Assembly: GCA_951406725.2 (NCBI GenBank) | Contig: OX597823.1 | Location: 8,556,001 to 8,620,000 of the forward strand | DNA length: 64,000 nt | From: Octopus vulgaris | Taxonomy: Eukaryota | Reading direction: 5' to 3' | Shown: positions 1 through 13,800 of the stretch, one piece after another | Numbering within the stretch: the stretch's first letter is position 1 | How the letters are laid out: each line of letters opens with the position of its first letter | Translations under genes and position numbers: made by a program | Notes under the pieces: model-generated | What the model saw: only the letters and a program-made list of their open reading frames with translations | Told to the model about the DNA's origin: nothing | Database searches by the model: none

Positions 1-420
1 TCGTCCACCCCTCCTCCTCTTCCACTTCCACTTCCACTTCCTCCTCCTCCTCCTCCTCGTCCACCTCCTCCTCCCCTTCCACTTCCACTTCCTCCTCCTC
101 CTCCTCGTCCACCCCTCCTCCCCTTCCTCTTCCTCTTCGTCTTCCACTTCCTCCTCTTCCTTTTCCTCTTCCTCCCTTCCCCTTCCTCTTCCTCCCCTTC
201 CCCTTCCCCTTCCTCCCCTTCCTCTTCCTCTTCCTCCTCCTTCTCCTCCTCCTCCTCCTCTTCTTCTTCTTTTTCTTCTTCTTCTTCTTCTTTTTCTTCT
301 TCTTCTTCTTCTTCTTCTTCTTCTTCTTCCTCCTCCTCCTCCTCCTCCTCCTCCTCGTCCACCTCTTCCTCCACTTCCCCCTTTTACTCCTCGCCCTCCT
401 CCTCCTCCCCTTCCTCGATG
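1..420. repeat. Polypyrimidine low-complexity tract of (CCT)n/(CTT)n
   Basis: Almost purely C/T trinucleotide repeats on the + strand. Confidence 0.95.
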
Positions 421-689
421 TCATCGTCGTCGTGGTCGCCGCCGAAGTTATTGTCATTAAAAAAAGAGATGGAAGATGGCGGAATCGGTACTGTGATGGA
501 CAGAGTTCTCTCAAGGTTATTTAGTTAAGGCCCTTTAACCTTCGAGTTCTAATCCAACGTGGTGATGGTGGTGGTGGGATATTTGTCCAACGTCCTGCAT
601 TCGATGAAGATGGTACCAGTCAAATGATTGGGAGTTAATCGTTTATGCCTAACCAACTCAACTGCTTATGATATAAGTAATTATGATTG

Positions 690-725
690 TTGGCAGTAGC
701 AGTAATCGAAGAAAACGAAGCTATG

Positions 726-768
<43 letters not shown>

Positions 769-827
769 TTGTAGTGGTAGTAGTAGTAGTAGTAGCAGTA
801 ATAGTAGTAGCAGCAGCAGTAGTAGTT

Positions 828-863
<36 letters not shown>

Positions 864-956
864 TCAGTAATAGTATTAGTAGTAGTAGTAATAGTAGTAG
901 TAATAGTAGTAACAGCAGTAGCAGTAGTAGCAGCAGTAGTAGCAGTAGTGGTAGTT

Positions 957-995
<39 letters not shown>

Positions 996-1086
996 ATAGT
1001 AGTAGCAGCAGCAGCAGTAGTAGTAGTAGTAGTAGCAGTAATAGTAGTAGCAGCTGCAGCAGCAGTAATAGTAGTAGTAGCAGTAA

Positions 1087-1140
<54 letters not shown>

Positions 1141-1169
1141 CAGTAGTAGTAGTAGTAGTAGCAGCAGCA

Positions 1170-1242
<73 letters not shown>

Positions 1243-1245
1243 TTA
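690..1245. repeat. (TAG)n microsatellite with CAG/TAA variants
   Basis: Read directly; explains the poly-V, poly-L and poly-T/Y ORFs. Confidence 0.97.
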
Positions 1246-1744
1246 GTAACAGCAGTTGCAGCACCAGCAGCAATACTAGTAGCATTTATTGTCCACTTGC
1301 AAACCAGACTAGTTATATTCACGCCGTATTTATTGCACAAATAACAATTTAAAAAAAATATTTTATAACATAAATATTTAAACAATTTGCTGCTAATTTC
1401 GATATGAGTAATGCAATTGTAAATACAGGGATGTTATCCTATGTGTTTTTACTAATGTATATAAAATATTTGCAGCTAGCAAAATAAAAATTAATAATGA
1501 AATAAATGTATTGCTAAATGTATGACGTAAATCGGTATAGAAAGAAAACATTTCATTATAAGACACTCGACAGTTTTAGACTTCAGTAACGTCAAGAAGC
1601 CATATACATATATATATTCTTGCCATGATATTTGACAAATAGCTCACCAATGACGCATTTAAACTACATCACTATTGTAATTTAGCCGACAAAATCTACC
1701 TGTTGAACGAAAGCTTGTCTCGTATCCATGTCATTTTTCTTCTC

Positions 1745-1750
1745 CGCACG

Positions 1751-1834
<84 letters not shown>

Positions 1835-1908
1835 CGTATATATATATTTCTATATCTACATTTCTATATCTATCTATCTATCTATCTATCTGTCTGTCTG
1901 ACTCTCTG

Positions 1909-1977
<69 letters not shown>

Positions 1978-1992
1978 ATTTCTGTTTATCTA

Positions 1993-2082
<90 letters not shown>
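1745..2082. repeat. Compound (CA)n + (TCTA)n microsatellite
   Basis: Read directly. Confidence 0.97.
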
Positions 2083-2391
2083 GAGATCGTAATGTACAAG
2101 CACCGAAAAATTATAATAAAAATGTCTTTTAACGAGGTTGCTTGAATGTAAATGTAGGTATAAAATAAGAGCTCACAATATGCTGGTTAAAAGCAATTAC
2201 CCTGGGCGGAAAAATATGGTGAACATTACTCACGGGCCATGCTCCTGGTGTGTAATGGTTTACTATGGGACCTTATTCTTCTGTTCAAGATTTTATTCTT
2301 TTTACACAGTATATTGCGAGCTGTTTTTGAAAGTTAAATATGCTTTCGAGAAACATAGTGTATGCACCATTATATACGTGAGATGCAAGAC

Positions 2392-2899
2392 AGGTGTTAT
2401 AAGTCCAAAAGCTGTTTCTGGGGTTTGGAGATCCATGGTAATGTTGGTAAATGTAGTTCATCTCAATATGCGGTCGTAATGGATTCAATCAATATAGGAC
2501 AAGACCAGCCTCCGTCATCAGGATGGAGAAGATCTTAACATCTTAGTGCAGAGAAGTTCAAAGATGGAATGACTAAATGTGGAGAGTAATCTGTATTAGA
2601 GGTGGGAAGTAGGAAGGTCGGTGGGGGTTATTGGGTTGTTAAGAGGAGATAAGAGAGTTGGTTCAGGAAGACGGAGGCGGTTATTAACGAGGATAACAAG
2701 GAAGGTGATAGTAGAGGTGGAGAAATGGACGATGAATGGGAGAATAATCTGAAATATAAGATCTCTACTCTGATGACGAGGCTCGTCTTATTCTGTATTC
2801 GTTGCATCCATTACGGCCACAAATTGAGAAGAACTAAATCAACAAACGTTATCATGAATCTTCAAGCTCCCACAAACAGCTGTTGGACATATAACACCT
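2392..2899. repeat. Diverged inverted repeat (arms ~2392-2535 and ~2757-2899)
   Basis: aggtgttataagtccaaaagctgttt...gcggtcgtaatggattcaa aligns, with many substitutions, to the reverse complement of ttgcatccattacggccac...aaacagctgttggacatataacacct. Confidence 0.8.
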
Positions 2900-3420
2900 T
2901 TCTTCCACCCCTTTAATTTCCTCTATTGTTTGTACTCTGTGTAAGTTGGATCAGTTAATATAAATATCTATATATCCATCGCCTGAAAGTCTCCATCTTT
3001 TACTTTCTATCGATTTTCATGCATACATAAATACATATTTTATTTTTCATGCCCAAACTATTATATTATATATGATATATCTAATTTGTTTATCCGCATA
3101 ATTGCCTCTATATCCGCTCAGCTCTTCAATATTGAGAATATCTGAATCTCATCTGTGGACTACATCTTTTATTAAACTTTTAATACTTTTGATATTTATA
3201 AAAAAAAAAAAAAAAATTAATTAATTAATAAATAAAATAATATATAAATATAAAAATATACATACATACATATATATATTTGTATATATATATGTAAAAT
3301 TTATATGTATAAATTATTTAAATAATTTTTTATTTTTAACTTTTATATTTTAAAATTAATTTTATGTATTGGCTTATGTTTTCCACTGTTTGATCTGCCT
3401 AATAGTGGTTTTATCTCTAA

Positions 3421-3463
<43 letters not shown>

Positions 3464-3466
<3 letters not shown>

Positions 3467-3677
3467 AATAGTAAAAAGTGAAAAAACTACAGAAGGCTTG
3501 TTTTAAAGGTTAAAAATATATATTTGAGTCATTATGTCTGAAGAATGTTATAAATTTCTTTCATACAATCATTGTATGAAAAAAATTTATAACATTCTTC
3601 AGACATATTGACTCAAATATATATTTTTTAACTTTTTAAAACAAGCCTTCTGTAGCTTTTTCACTTTTTACTATTTT
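3464..3677. repeat. Near-perfect ~210-bp palindrome in a (TA)n tract
   Basis: Centre catacaat-c-attgtatg at 3570; arms complementary out to aaaatagtaaaaagtg/cactttttactatttt. Confidence 0.92.
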
Positions 3678-3713
3678 ATATATATTCAACCACGTGCTTT
3701 CACACACCAACTT

Positions 3714-3797
<84 letters not shown>

Positions 3798-4303
3798 GTG
3801 TGTGTGAGTATGTGTGTGTGTATGTGCGTGTGTTTGTTGGTGTATGTAAGTATGGGCGTGTGAGTTTGTGTGTGCATGTGTGTATGTTTTGTGTATCACC
3901 ATGTGTGAAGTTGGTATAGTAATTGATATAGTAACACATAACTCAGTACAATCTGTTGGTTGGTAGAGCCATTGGCAACTAAATCGGCAATACAACCTGG
4001 TCTACTTGGTGTGTTGGTCATTTCTGGACATCATGCAACCTGAAAAATACACCACATCAACGGACAGATAAACTTAGTATAGTCAACGGTCATCTAATTC
4101 TGTGATACATGTATATATATTTAGTATACCTCATAAGAATGAACTCTAAACTATAGCGAAGGCATCTAGACCAGATGGAGAGCTCTAAGGGTTTTAAATT
4201 TGTGGTAAACAATTACAACTTTGGTAGACATTCAAATTGCTAGATCTAAATGATAGTGTGTAGGGCTGACGAATCTTACCTCTGTTGTAGAGTCAGCAAT
4301 CTA

Positions 4304-5452
4304 CAGGGTAGGGCAGATAGGACAGACGTTTTTGAAAAATTCACAATATCATTAATTTTAGCTGCAAACAAATTTTTATTGACATCAATGTGTCTGTATT
4401 GAATTAGCATGTAAGTGTGAAAAACAACATTTATGACGTGGTGTCCGTTTCCATTGACTGCATTTCTGAAAGCGCTTTTGGAAGTTGGCCTCCACTCTCT
4501 CCAGCATTGCTCCTTCGATTTGGGTGACTTCCACGCGAATAGCTTTTCTCAAATCAAATCGTCCAATGTACGGGGTTTATGAGCATACATACGTAGCTTG
4601 AGGTTTCCCCACAAGAAGCAATAACACATCGACAAATCAAGGGACCGAGCAGGCCAAGGAATATCAACAAACCTGGAAATGTGGCGGTCACCAAATGGAG
4701 GGCGAAGAACGTCCATTGATGCTCTGGCTGTGTGGGCCGTTACCCTATCCTGCTGAAACCACTCACGTCGAATAGACATACGTTTTCGTCGTAATTAAGG
4801 TACACAAGTTATCCTCTCGATGTAGCACTCGGAGCTCACAGTAACAGCATTTCCATTATTGTCTTAAAAAAACTAAGGACCAATGACAGCAGCTTTCCCA
4901 ACAGACCGTTACTTTTGGGCCGCGCAGTGGTCTTTCGTACAGTTTTCTCGGATTTTCAAGAGCCCAATCCTAGTTCTTCTGATCACGCCACTGGGATGAA
5001 AATGAGCTTCATCACTCATTAACAAAATGAGATTGTCATTTGCCTCAGGAATTGCTTCCATCTGACGTGAAAAATTAAGCCGCTGTACATAGTCCAATGA
5101 CCAATTTGTACAGGTGGAAATGCAGGTCTTACCGATCGATTACCGATGCCAAGTTCAGTGGACTGCCTCCGAGCAGAGCGATTCGGATTCCATATAAAAG
5201 CTTGTCTGACGTGTTCCACATTTTCCGGGGTCTGTACCATTCGTGGTGCACCCACCGGTCTCCTACTCAATGTTGAAGTGGCGCCGAAACTCACGCTGAA
5301 CTGCTGTGACAGACCCGTTGTTCTTCATGTAACTGTTGTAGGCAAACACACGATGTTCCACGGACCGAATGGTACATGTCAGACATATGTCTCTTCCTCT
5401 TGGTTTGAGTAATAGCCATTTCACAAACGTCCGTTCTCTCTGCCCCACCCTG
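4304..5452 (-). mobile_element. Tc1/mariner-superfamily DNA transposon (maT/rosa-like), full span with a degenerate transposase
   Basis: TIRs cagggtagggcagataggacagacgttt / aaacgtccgttctctctgccccaccctg with TA on both flanks; frameshifted motifs SVTAVQREFRRHF, LMSDEAHF, WFQQD, WPARSLDL. Confidence 0.92.
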
Positions 5453-6084
5453 TAGAAGTGTTCTCGTGATGCGCTTTTAAAGTGCTTTAATTCAAGTACT
5501 TAGGATGTATTTTCCCTTTTACCTGCATTTGTCCCGTATGCCAGATTTAGAGTGTACGTAGATATTAGTCTCTTTCCAGGGGAGCATAATTTACAAATAT
5601 TGCTTCTGTGCTTTTTATTGCTTCGTTTTTAGCAGTTTCTTCCTCTTCATCTTGAAATTTGAGGCTGTCTTTCAAAAACCAGAAGTAGTGGTGTATATGT
5701 ATTATGCTTAATCTGTGTGTGCGTGATACCGTGTGTGCGTAAATATACTTATTTAGTGGCACTGGTGCATGTATATGAGTGTGTGTGTGCACATATATGA
5801 TTGCATATGTTAATACGTATGTTTGCATATGCTGATACGTATGTGTGTATTATATCACTGTGGAACGCACGTGCATGTGTATTCAGATATGTACATATAC
5901 TTAGTAACAAATCTTCACGACGGATAATCTGTTCGGGTGAAGGAACAACTTAATTCCCATGTCTCAAAATTGATCTGTTATCTTGAGTCCTTCCATGTAA
6001 ACGGAAATACGCAAATATAACGTTACATCACGAAATGACTCCCAGTATATCGCGCTGCAGAACGTATTGTAATATGCAGCGGCT

Positions 6085-6108
6085 TATATATGTACATATA
6101 TGCATGTG

Positions 6109-6176
<68 letters not shown>

Positions 6177-6254
6177 ATATATATATATACATACATATAT
6201 ATATATATATTTACATATATATATACATACATACATATATATATATATATACAT

Positions 6255-6299
<45 letters not shown>

Positions 6300-6310
6300 C
6301 ATACACGTAC

Positions 6311-6350
<40 letters not shown>

Positions 6351-6385
6351 ACATACATATTCACACATACATACACACATATACC
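6085..6385. repeat. (TA)n/(TC)n compound microsatellite
   Basis: Read directly. Confidence 0.95.
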
Positions 6386-7149
6386 CTATTTAATGCACAC
6401 AGTACAAACAGACATATTTATTTACTCGTATAAAAAGCCTTTTGTACATATAGCGCAGTACATCTTGGGAAATCATCAGTTTATGTAGTTGGTACAAGAA
6501 TTTTCGATGAATGAAACAACAATTTAAAATAAAATTTCAGATAACCAGGATTGGCTTATTGAATAGAAAAAATTCTCTTCGCTAAGAGAAAAGTTTTTAT
6601 ACCGAATAGTGGTTTGCTTTCTACATTGAATAAAGCACAGATTTCTATGAGCGGAAACAAGCAGTTCAAAACGTGATATGTATGTGGAATTTATATGTGC
6701 AAAACAGGGAAACAAGCGAATGTGTGTGATGGTTATATTGCAACAGAATCGATAAAAAAAAACTAACAAACTCCTCTGAAAATTAGTAACGAATTTCAAA
6801 ATGCTTAGATGCATGGTAGGGACAGATGTAGAAAGTGTTGGAAGCAACAAACATTATTTCCACGCAAAGCAGTCTATTTTGTACACCACAAAAATATAAT
6901 CAAAGTAGTGAGTTTAATAACTTAATCTTTTAGATATTTGACCGATATTTCTAGCTGCATATTTACAAGAGACTAAAACTATTTCGGTGTAATGTTCATC
7001 TATCAATGTCTTATTGTATTAGGTTTTGTAGCGCTTGTACTCAAAATTAAATAGGCCCTCTAAACACCGATTTAAATAAAAAATGAAGTGTGCTGCTGTA
7101 ATAAATGTGTAATCGTATGTATGTATATATACACTCTCGCACTCTAATA

Positions 7150-7447
7150 TCATAACAACAATACGGCACAATTATTTCACCTCAATTGGCCCCGCTCTCT
7201 TTAACATTACACCAAAACACATTAAAACAGAAACAGACCCTATAGGGTTCAAGAAGTCTTTGGACAGATTCCTTCAAGAAATCCCGGATAAACCCCCTAC
7301 ACCCGGATATGTCTCTGTAAACAATAACTCTCTACTTGAGTGGACCATTGTGCCCAAATTCTGACTTGAAAGACTTTACCAGGTGGTGCTATTAAGTTAG
7401 ACATGGCCTGGGCCAATAATGGCCGAAACCTATCAAAGTATCAAAGT
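7150..7447 (+). mobile_element. 3' fragment of a CR1/L2-group LINE, second subfamily
   Basis: Translates GPALFNITPKHIK...FKKSLDRFLQEIPD, similar to the C-terminus of ORF 38301-39878; ends in a short tandem tail (tatcaaag)x2. Confidence 0.75.
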
Positions 7448-7806
7448 ATGTATGTATGTATGTATGTATGTATGTATGTATGTATGTATGTATGTATGTA
7501 TGTATGTATTTATGTATGTATGTATGTATGTATGTATGTATGTATGTATGTATGTATGTATGTATGTATGTATATACGTATGTATGTATGTATGTATGTA
7601 TGTATGTATGTATGTATGTATGTATGTATGTATGTATGTATGTATGTATGTATGTATGTATGTATGTATGTATGTATGTATGTATGTATGTATGTATGTA
7701 TGTATGTATGTATGTATGTATGTATGCATGTATTTATGTATGTATGTACGTATGTATGTATGTATGTATGTATGTATGTATGTATGTATGTATGCATGTA
7801 TGTATA
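7447..7806. repeat. (TATG)n microsatellite
   Basis: Read directly. Confidence 0.97.
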
Positions 7807-8798
7807 CGTTCTCTTCTGTATTAAATAATTTAAATTCTTCCTCTGAAGAAGGAGCTGGTTTCTAACAATGATACAAAGCTCCATCTTAGGATTGTAGATA
7901 ACGAAAACAAAGGCATATTTTAAACCTGAGAAATGTCTTGCATAGTTTTATTGTTCCGCTTACATTTTGTAATTGTAATGTGCGAACCATCTGGTTGATT
8001 TCTTTTTCTGTTTGTATATTTAAAATACAGAAAACCTGTATTGTCTTCTATACTTTATGACACTTTCCATGCATTTCTTCAAATTAATTACCAAGGTCTC
8101 ATTAGTGTGTGTTGTGTTTTATGAAGCATAACATACTATGGTTTACATATTGCTAGCATGTACACTGTATTTCGCTTTGCAAACATATGCTACCAAATAT
8201 ATTAAAGGTTTATAAGTCTATTCTGTGTCCCACGTTTTGCATTAGCAGTGCTATACAATCACTTTCAAGTTATCTATACAGATTCTCTATTGAAAGTAGG
8301 GCTAGAACTGAAAGATATGACGTTTCGTATACAAATATGTTCATATAAATAATGCGATCAAAGATAGGAAAAATATGTAATGGGTGCATATGCGTATTTC
8401 AAGAGTTATTGCTCATTCTTCAGTACCACATCTAACGCATTCACCACACACGGACATTATGCTTAAACAGCCAATAGGTTTAGCGGCGTAATAGTAAAGG
8501 ATATACCAATTTCCATATTAAATACATTCCTGGCAACTTGTATGTACATATTAATTACTTGTGTTACATATCAATTGTACCGTATTTCGTTTTGCAAAAG
8601 TAAAATCCGATTGTCTCACACTGCTAACACGAAAATTAGGGAACAGTATTGATTTATATACCTTTAACATAAATAACATACTTCTCCATCTCCAATCTCA
8701 TTGTTTACAGAAGATGTATTCGTACACGAAACTTCGTAACTTTCAGTGTTTGTTCTACATTCTATAGTAAATTTGTAGAGACAACTTATATATATATA

Positions 8799-9064
8799 AG
8801 GGCCCACAGCTTTTTAATATTCTCCCAAAGAGTCTGAGGAACTTGCACAAAGTAGATGTAGCAGTTTTTAAATCAAAGCTGGATATCTTCCTGTCAAGAG
8901 TCCCAGATGAACCTACCTCACGGCAAGAGGTGCAAATGAGAGTAGCTGTATCAAACTCCATTCTTCACCAAGTGCCACATATTAGACGAGGTTCGTCGTA
9001 ATAACAGTGTAGCACATAACGACGGTGCATCAGCATGGCCGCAGCTCTGAGCTGAAACTAGAAA

Positions 9065-9068
<4 letters not shown>
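8799..9068 (+). mobile_element. 5'-truncated copy of the CR1/L2-group LINE (3' end)
   Basis: GPQLFNILPKSLRNLHKVDVAVFKSKLDIFLSRVPDEPTSRQEVQM matches the 38.3-kb ORF C-terminus; 3' motif gcatggccgcagctctgagctgaaac; (TA)n on both sides. Confidence 0.9.
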
Positions 9069-9133
<65 letters not shown>

Positions 9134-9305
9134 ATTAGGGCTTAGTAATTTGCCACATACTGAACTTAGTAGAAATAGCAGCCCCAAAAATTTTCTTTAG
9201 CCGTTTCTACTACTTAAAGAAAATTTCTCTCAGATAATGTTTACTCCAGACAGCTCACGAAGGTTTGGAGGTAAATACAGAAAAATATCACAAGTACATA
9301 GATCG

Positions 9306-9368
9306 TTTGAGTACGTCAACGTTTCAAGATTAGCCAAGTAAAATCAGCATTTCTTTCGTCAGCTCAAA
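9306..9368 (-). ncRNA. Type I hammerhead ribozyme (inverted copy)
   Basis: Exact reverse complement of 10053-10115. Confidence 0.82.
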
Positions 9369-10052
9369 ATTTCTTAATTTGGATTTGGAAACACTAAAAA
9401 GAAGGAACCTTACCTATCTGCGAACTTGTCGCTTCAAATGAACCAGCTCCGACTGACAGTGCTAACAAATTCAAAATGCGCAGGCGTAAATTTCTGCACT
9501 CCTTTTCCACCCACGTGGTCTATCTAGCAAACATTATATTTTAACCGCGAGAACCGAGGCAGTATGACAGAGAGAAATGAATTATTTACCTCCAAACCTT
9601 CGTGAGCTGTCTGGAGTAAACATTATCTGAGAGAAATTTTCTTTAAGTAGTAGAAACGGCTAAAGAAATTTTTTTGGGCTGCTATTTCTACTAAGTTCAG
9701 TATGTGGCAAAGTAATTTATTTTACTAAGCCCTAATTATATAATGTAATATTTTGAATTCGCCTTAAATGGTCCTTTTACATACTGAACACTTGGTGAAA
9801 TTGATTAATTAATTTTACCCTCAATTGTTGATATTATAATTCATTTCTCTCTGTCATACTGCCTCGGTTCTCGCGGTTAAAATATAATGTTTGCTAGATA
9901 GACCACGTGGGTGGAAAAGGAGTGCAGAAATTTACGCCTGCGCATTTTGAATTTGTTAGCACTGTCAGTCGGAGCTGGTTCATTTGAAGCGACAAGTTCG
10001 CAGATAGGTAAGGTTCCTTCTTTTTAGTGTTTCCAAATCCAAATTAAGAAAT

Positions 10053-10115
10053 TTTGAGCTGACGAAAGAAATGCTGATTTTACTTGGCTAATCTTGAAAC
10101 GTTGACGTACTCAAA
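10053..10115 (+). ncRNA. Type I hammerhead ribozyme with canonical core
   Basis: Stem I tttgag/ctcaaa; CTGACGA; stem II aaga...tctt with inner gctga/ttggc; GAAA; stem III cgt-tg-acg; GUA cleavage triplet at 10107-10109. Confidence 0.85.
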
Positions 10116-10403
10116 CGATCTATGTACTTGTGATATTTTTCTGTATTTACCTCCAAACCTTCGTGAGCTGTCTGGAGTAAACATTATCTGAGAGAAATTT
10201 TCTTTAAGTAGTAGAAACGGCTAAAGAAATTTTTTTGGGCTGCTATTTCTACTAAGTTCAGTATGTGGCAAAGTAATTTATTTTACTAAGCCCTAATTAT
10301 ATAATGTAATATTTTGAATTCGCCTTAAATGGTCCTTTTACATACTGAACACTTGGTGAAATTGATTAATTAATTTTACCCTCAACTGTTGATATATATA
10401 TAT

Positions 10404-10476
<73 letters not shown>

Positions 10477-10775
10477 CATATATATATATACATACATATA
10501 TATATATATATATGTTGAGGTTATAAGAGGTAATAGTGTCAACTGAGACCCAAGCCATCAGGTAATGCTGAATAAGTGCTATAGACAAACCATAGTTAAG
10601 TTCCAGGCTCGGTAGTTTTGCGAATAAGGGATTCAACGTTGGTTCTATGTCATTGTGTGTGTATAAGAAATTTTTGCGTGTAGATATTAGAACATTCATA
10701 AATAGAAGGTCTATCTATAAATGTTGTAATATCTACACATCCTTGGTTTTTATCTCCTTACGCAAAAAATAATAA

Positions 10776-10840
<65 letters not shown>

Positions 10841-13800
10841 TATATTCATACACACATACATACACGTGTAGGCGAAATTTAATTCATAATCGAGGCTGGT
10901 ACAGCACCTACATACATTCTAAAAATTGTTTTGGTGTCTAATTAATTCCAAAGACAAAATCGAAAAACTCTTTTCTTGAAATAAAAATTAGATTCTTCGT
11001 CAGGAATTATATACTGGTATGAATAATTACGAGTGTTGGGGCTGTCAATAAAATCGTAGTGGTGCAATGGACATCAAGTATAATGGCAATGGTACACTTC
11101 AATCGGAAACTACATAATTACTGGTGCATTATGGGAATCCTAATTAAAATTTTTTTTAGAAAAATATAGCAAAAAGTTAAATATATTGAATGACTTGTTT
11201 CAATAATAATTCTTGTGTATAACAATAATAGGTTTTCCAATCGCTCAAATATTGGTACAGATTTTCCTAACGCCTTAAATCATATATTTAAGAATCTCCA
11301 GTGGACATTGATAGCTCTTTGACGCAAGGATCATTTAGTTTCTTACTGTGAGTCCGTGGTGAAAATCCCTGCCTTAAGTTATGACGTTATTATTTGAAAC
11401 GAGGCATTTAGCTTTGAAAAATATTGATTTCTAACATAGGCACAATTGTTGTGCACTTTCGGCTTAATACATACAACTACTGAGTAGTATTTAATTTACT
11501 GACCTCCAGAAAAATAAAAGATAATATCTATCATGGCAGGATTTGAATGGACTTAGGTGAATACTGCAAAATATTTCTTCGACGTTCTACTGATGCTGGC
11601 GGCATCGACATCTAAATTTAAAAAGTCAAAGCGCATTTATACTGACAACTTATTGATATTAACAATGTTAACTATCTTTAATAATTCTTTGTCAGGTGTC
11701 AACCATCATTTTACAGTAACAGAACACTTCCCCACTTCCTTTGAAATGATAGATGAAAGATGACGTCACGCAACACCACATATCATGCATTTATTAAACA
11801 CAGACCTTTGAAGTGATGGAAATATGACAAGAAGTCTTCAAAATGTGTGAAGCCCATTCGAATGGGAGATATAAATATTGGATAGTTTTTGCTATAAACA
11901 GAGACAACTTTCAGTGAATCATCGGTGCAATTCAACTTAGACGTGAAACACTGCCAGTATCTCCGAAGTTTGAGTTTGCCTCACTTTCATTCTGGAAGTG
12001 AAAAATTTCGTTGTAAGTTAGGTTGGACAGTAGTGATGAAGAGAGAAAGGAGAGCAAATAAAACTTACTAGTTTGAAGTAGCAGAGACCTTTGTAGTATG
12101 AGAAAAGGAGAAACCTAAAAGAAATATTACATATATGAATCAGTAGTTGTAACGAATGAGTAATTACCAATCAAGTAAATGACATTCGCGCGTGAAAACG
12201 GGAATATTACAGTGAGGGGCACAATGTGGTGGCTGAGAGATTAAGAGATGCTTACAGCTTGGTAGTGAGATACATATTTGTATGGTCACTGAAATATATT
12301 GATTGGATCACGAAAGAAATTGATAGAGATGCGTGAACCAAAGTAGGTTTTGGTTGTCGGAGGTTCCAAAAATGGTGAGTTCAAAGAAAGAGATGGAGAG
12401 AAAGAGAGAGAGAGAGATATATAGTGAAAGGAAGAGAGGTTAGAGATGATGTTGATTTGAAATAGACATCCTTGCTGAACGAACAATTGTAGATATATGA
12501 GTTTGAAGGGAATTACAGACAACAGATGAACTTTCAGAAATATAGAAGAGAAATTTAAGTGATATAAATGAGTGGTTTGGTAATGGCTTTTCTAAATTGG
12601 TTCGGAAATAAACTAACAAGATAAATATAGAATTTAAAGAGTAAACTAACTGCTGAGATGGACTATTTACAGTGGATGAAAGACGTGTGTTTCAGAGATA
12701 GATCGCAATTTAGAGGTTTCCAGAGAGTATATACTTGAAGATAGTCTTTTGTCTATCATGTTGATTTGATAATTTGATAATTTATAATAAAGAGCTATTT
12801 TTCTTCGATAAGGTACGGCCGTTCCACATTAGATTTATAACCTAAATTTCATAGAGTGATGCGATAGTTACTATAATACATACAAGTTAACATTTTGATC
12901 CTTGATAAAATATGTAATTACAATTCGAATGTTTTAATATCATCTGCTGATATTATTATATTTAGTCAATATATATCTTATAACTAAGTTATCGGAGCAA
13001 TTAGATTTATCCACTACAATTGTTGTTTTCACGAAAGCCAATCTATTTTGTTTCTTATAGCCGTTTGTATAACATCAGATCTTATTATTTTTTTTCTGTG
13101 CACTATTAAAGTATGTGGAATACATTTCTGTAATTTAATAATAAGATAACTATAAATCCAGCACTGACTGAAACAATTGTATGGATTCGGTTGCAGGTGT
13201 ATGGGTCTCCTTGTTCTTGGATAATTGTGCGATGTTTACGCTTTTATCTAATCAGTTGACATGTATATCTATCTACATTCCTTATATCGAATTTTGCTCT
13301 GTATCGTATTCCATTCTTGCTCACTGTGATTATAACGTTTGTTTTTACTTCGGGGGTGAATATTGCTTTGTGTACAAAATCTTCAATGTATTTATGCCTT
13401 CTAATTATTTCATCGCCTTTAAGGTTTTTTATAATATTATTTTATATTTCTTGTATAGCATTTTTATTTTTAATTTCTCTCTTCCGCAAATAATAAAGAA
13501 GTTTATTGTTTTATATTGTTTTGCATCATTAATTTACTTCAATGTCGGTATATTAGATCCTACATTTTCTTCAGTTCCTTTTGCCCACAGTTACGTTGTT
13601 ACTCTAATTACATGGCAATATACGTTGCAGTAGAGTATAGAATCTCTTTCAGTGGACTGATTCTGATCGACCGTTCATTCTTTAAAGTCTAGCAGGCTGC
13701 TATATTGTATTTCGATACTGTCTTCATTAGCCATTTATTTTCACTTTTGAGAGTTTTTTTTATATCTATTGTAAGGTATTTCAGGGTATCATAATATTAT

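Larger units (their letters stand above)
9126..10395 (+). mobile_element. Non-coding PLE pseudo-LTR/retrozyme-like element: 561-bp unit, partial tandem copy and inverted copy
   Basis: 9584-9834 is repeated at 10145-10395 (period 561); 9126-9585 is the reverse complement of ~9836-10304; (TA)n flanks; contains a hammerhead. Confidence 0.85.
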
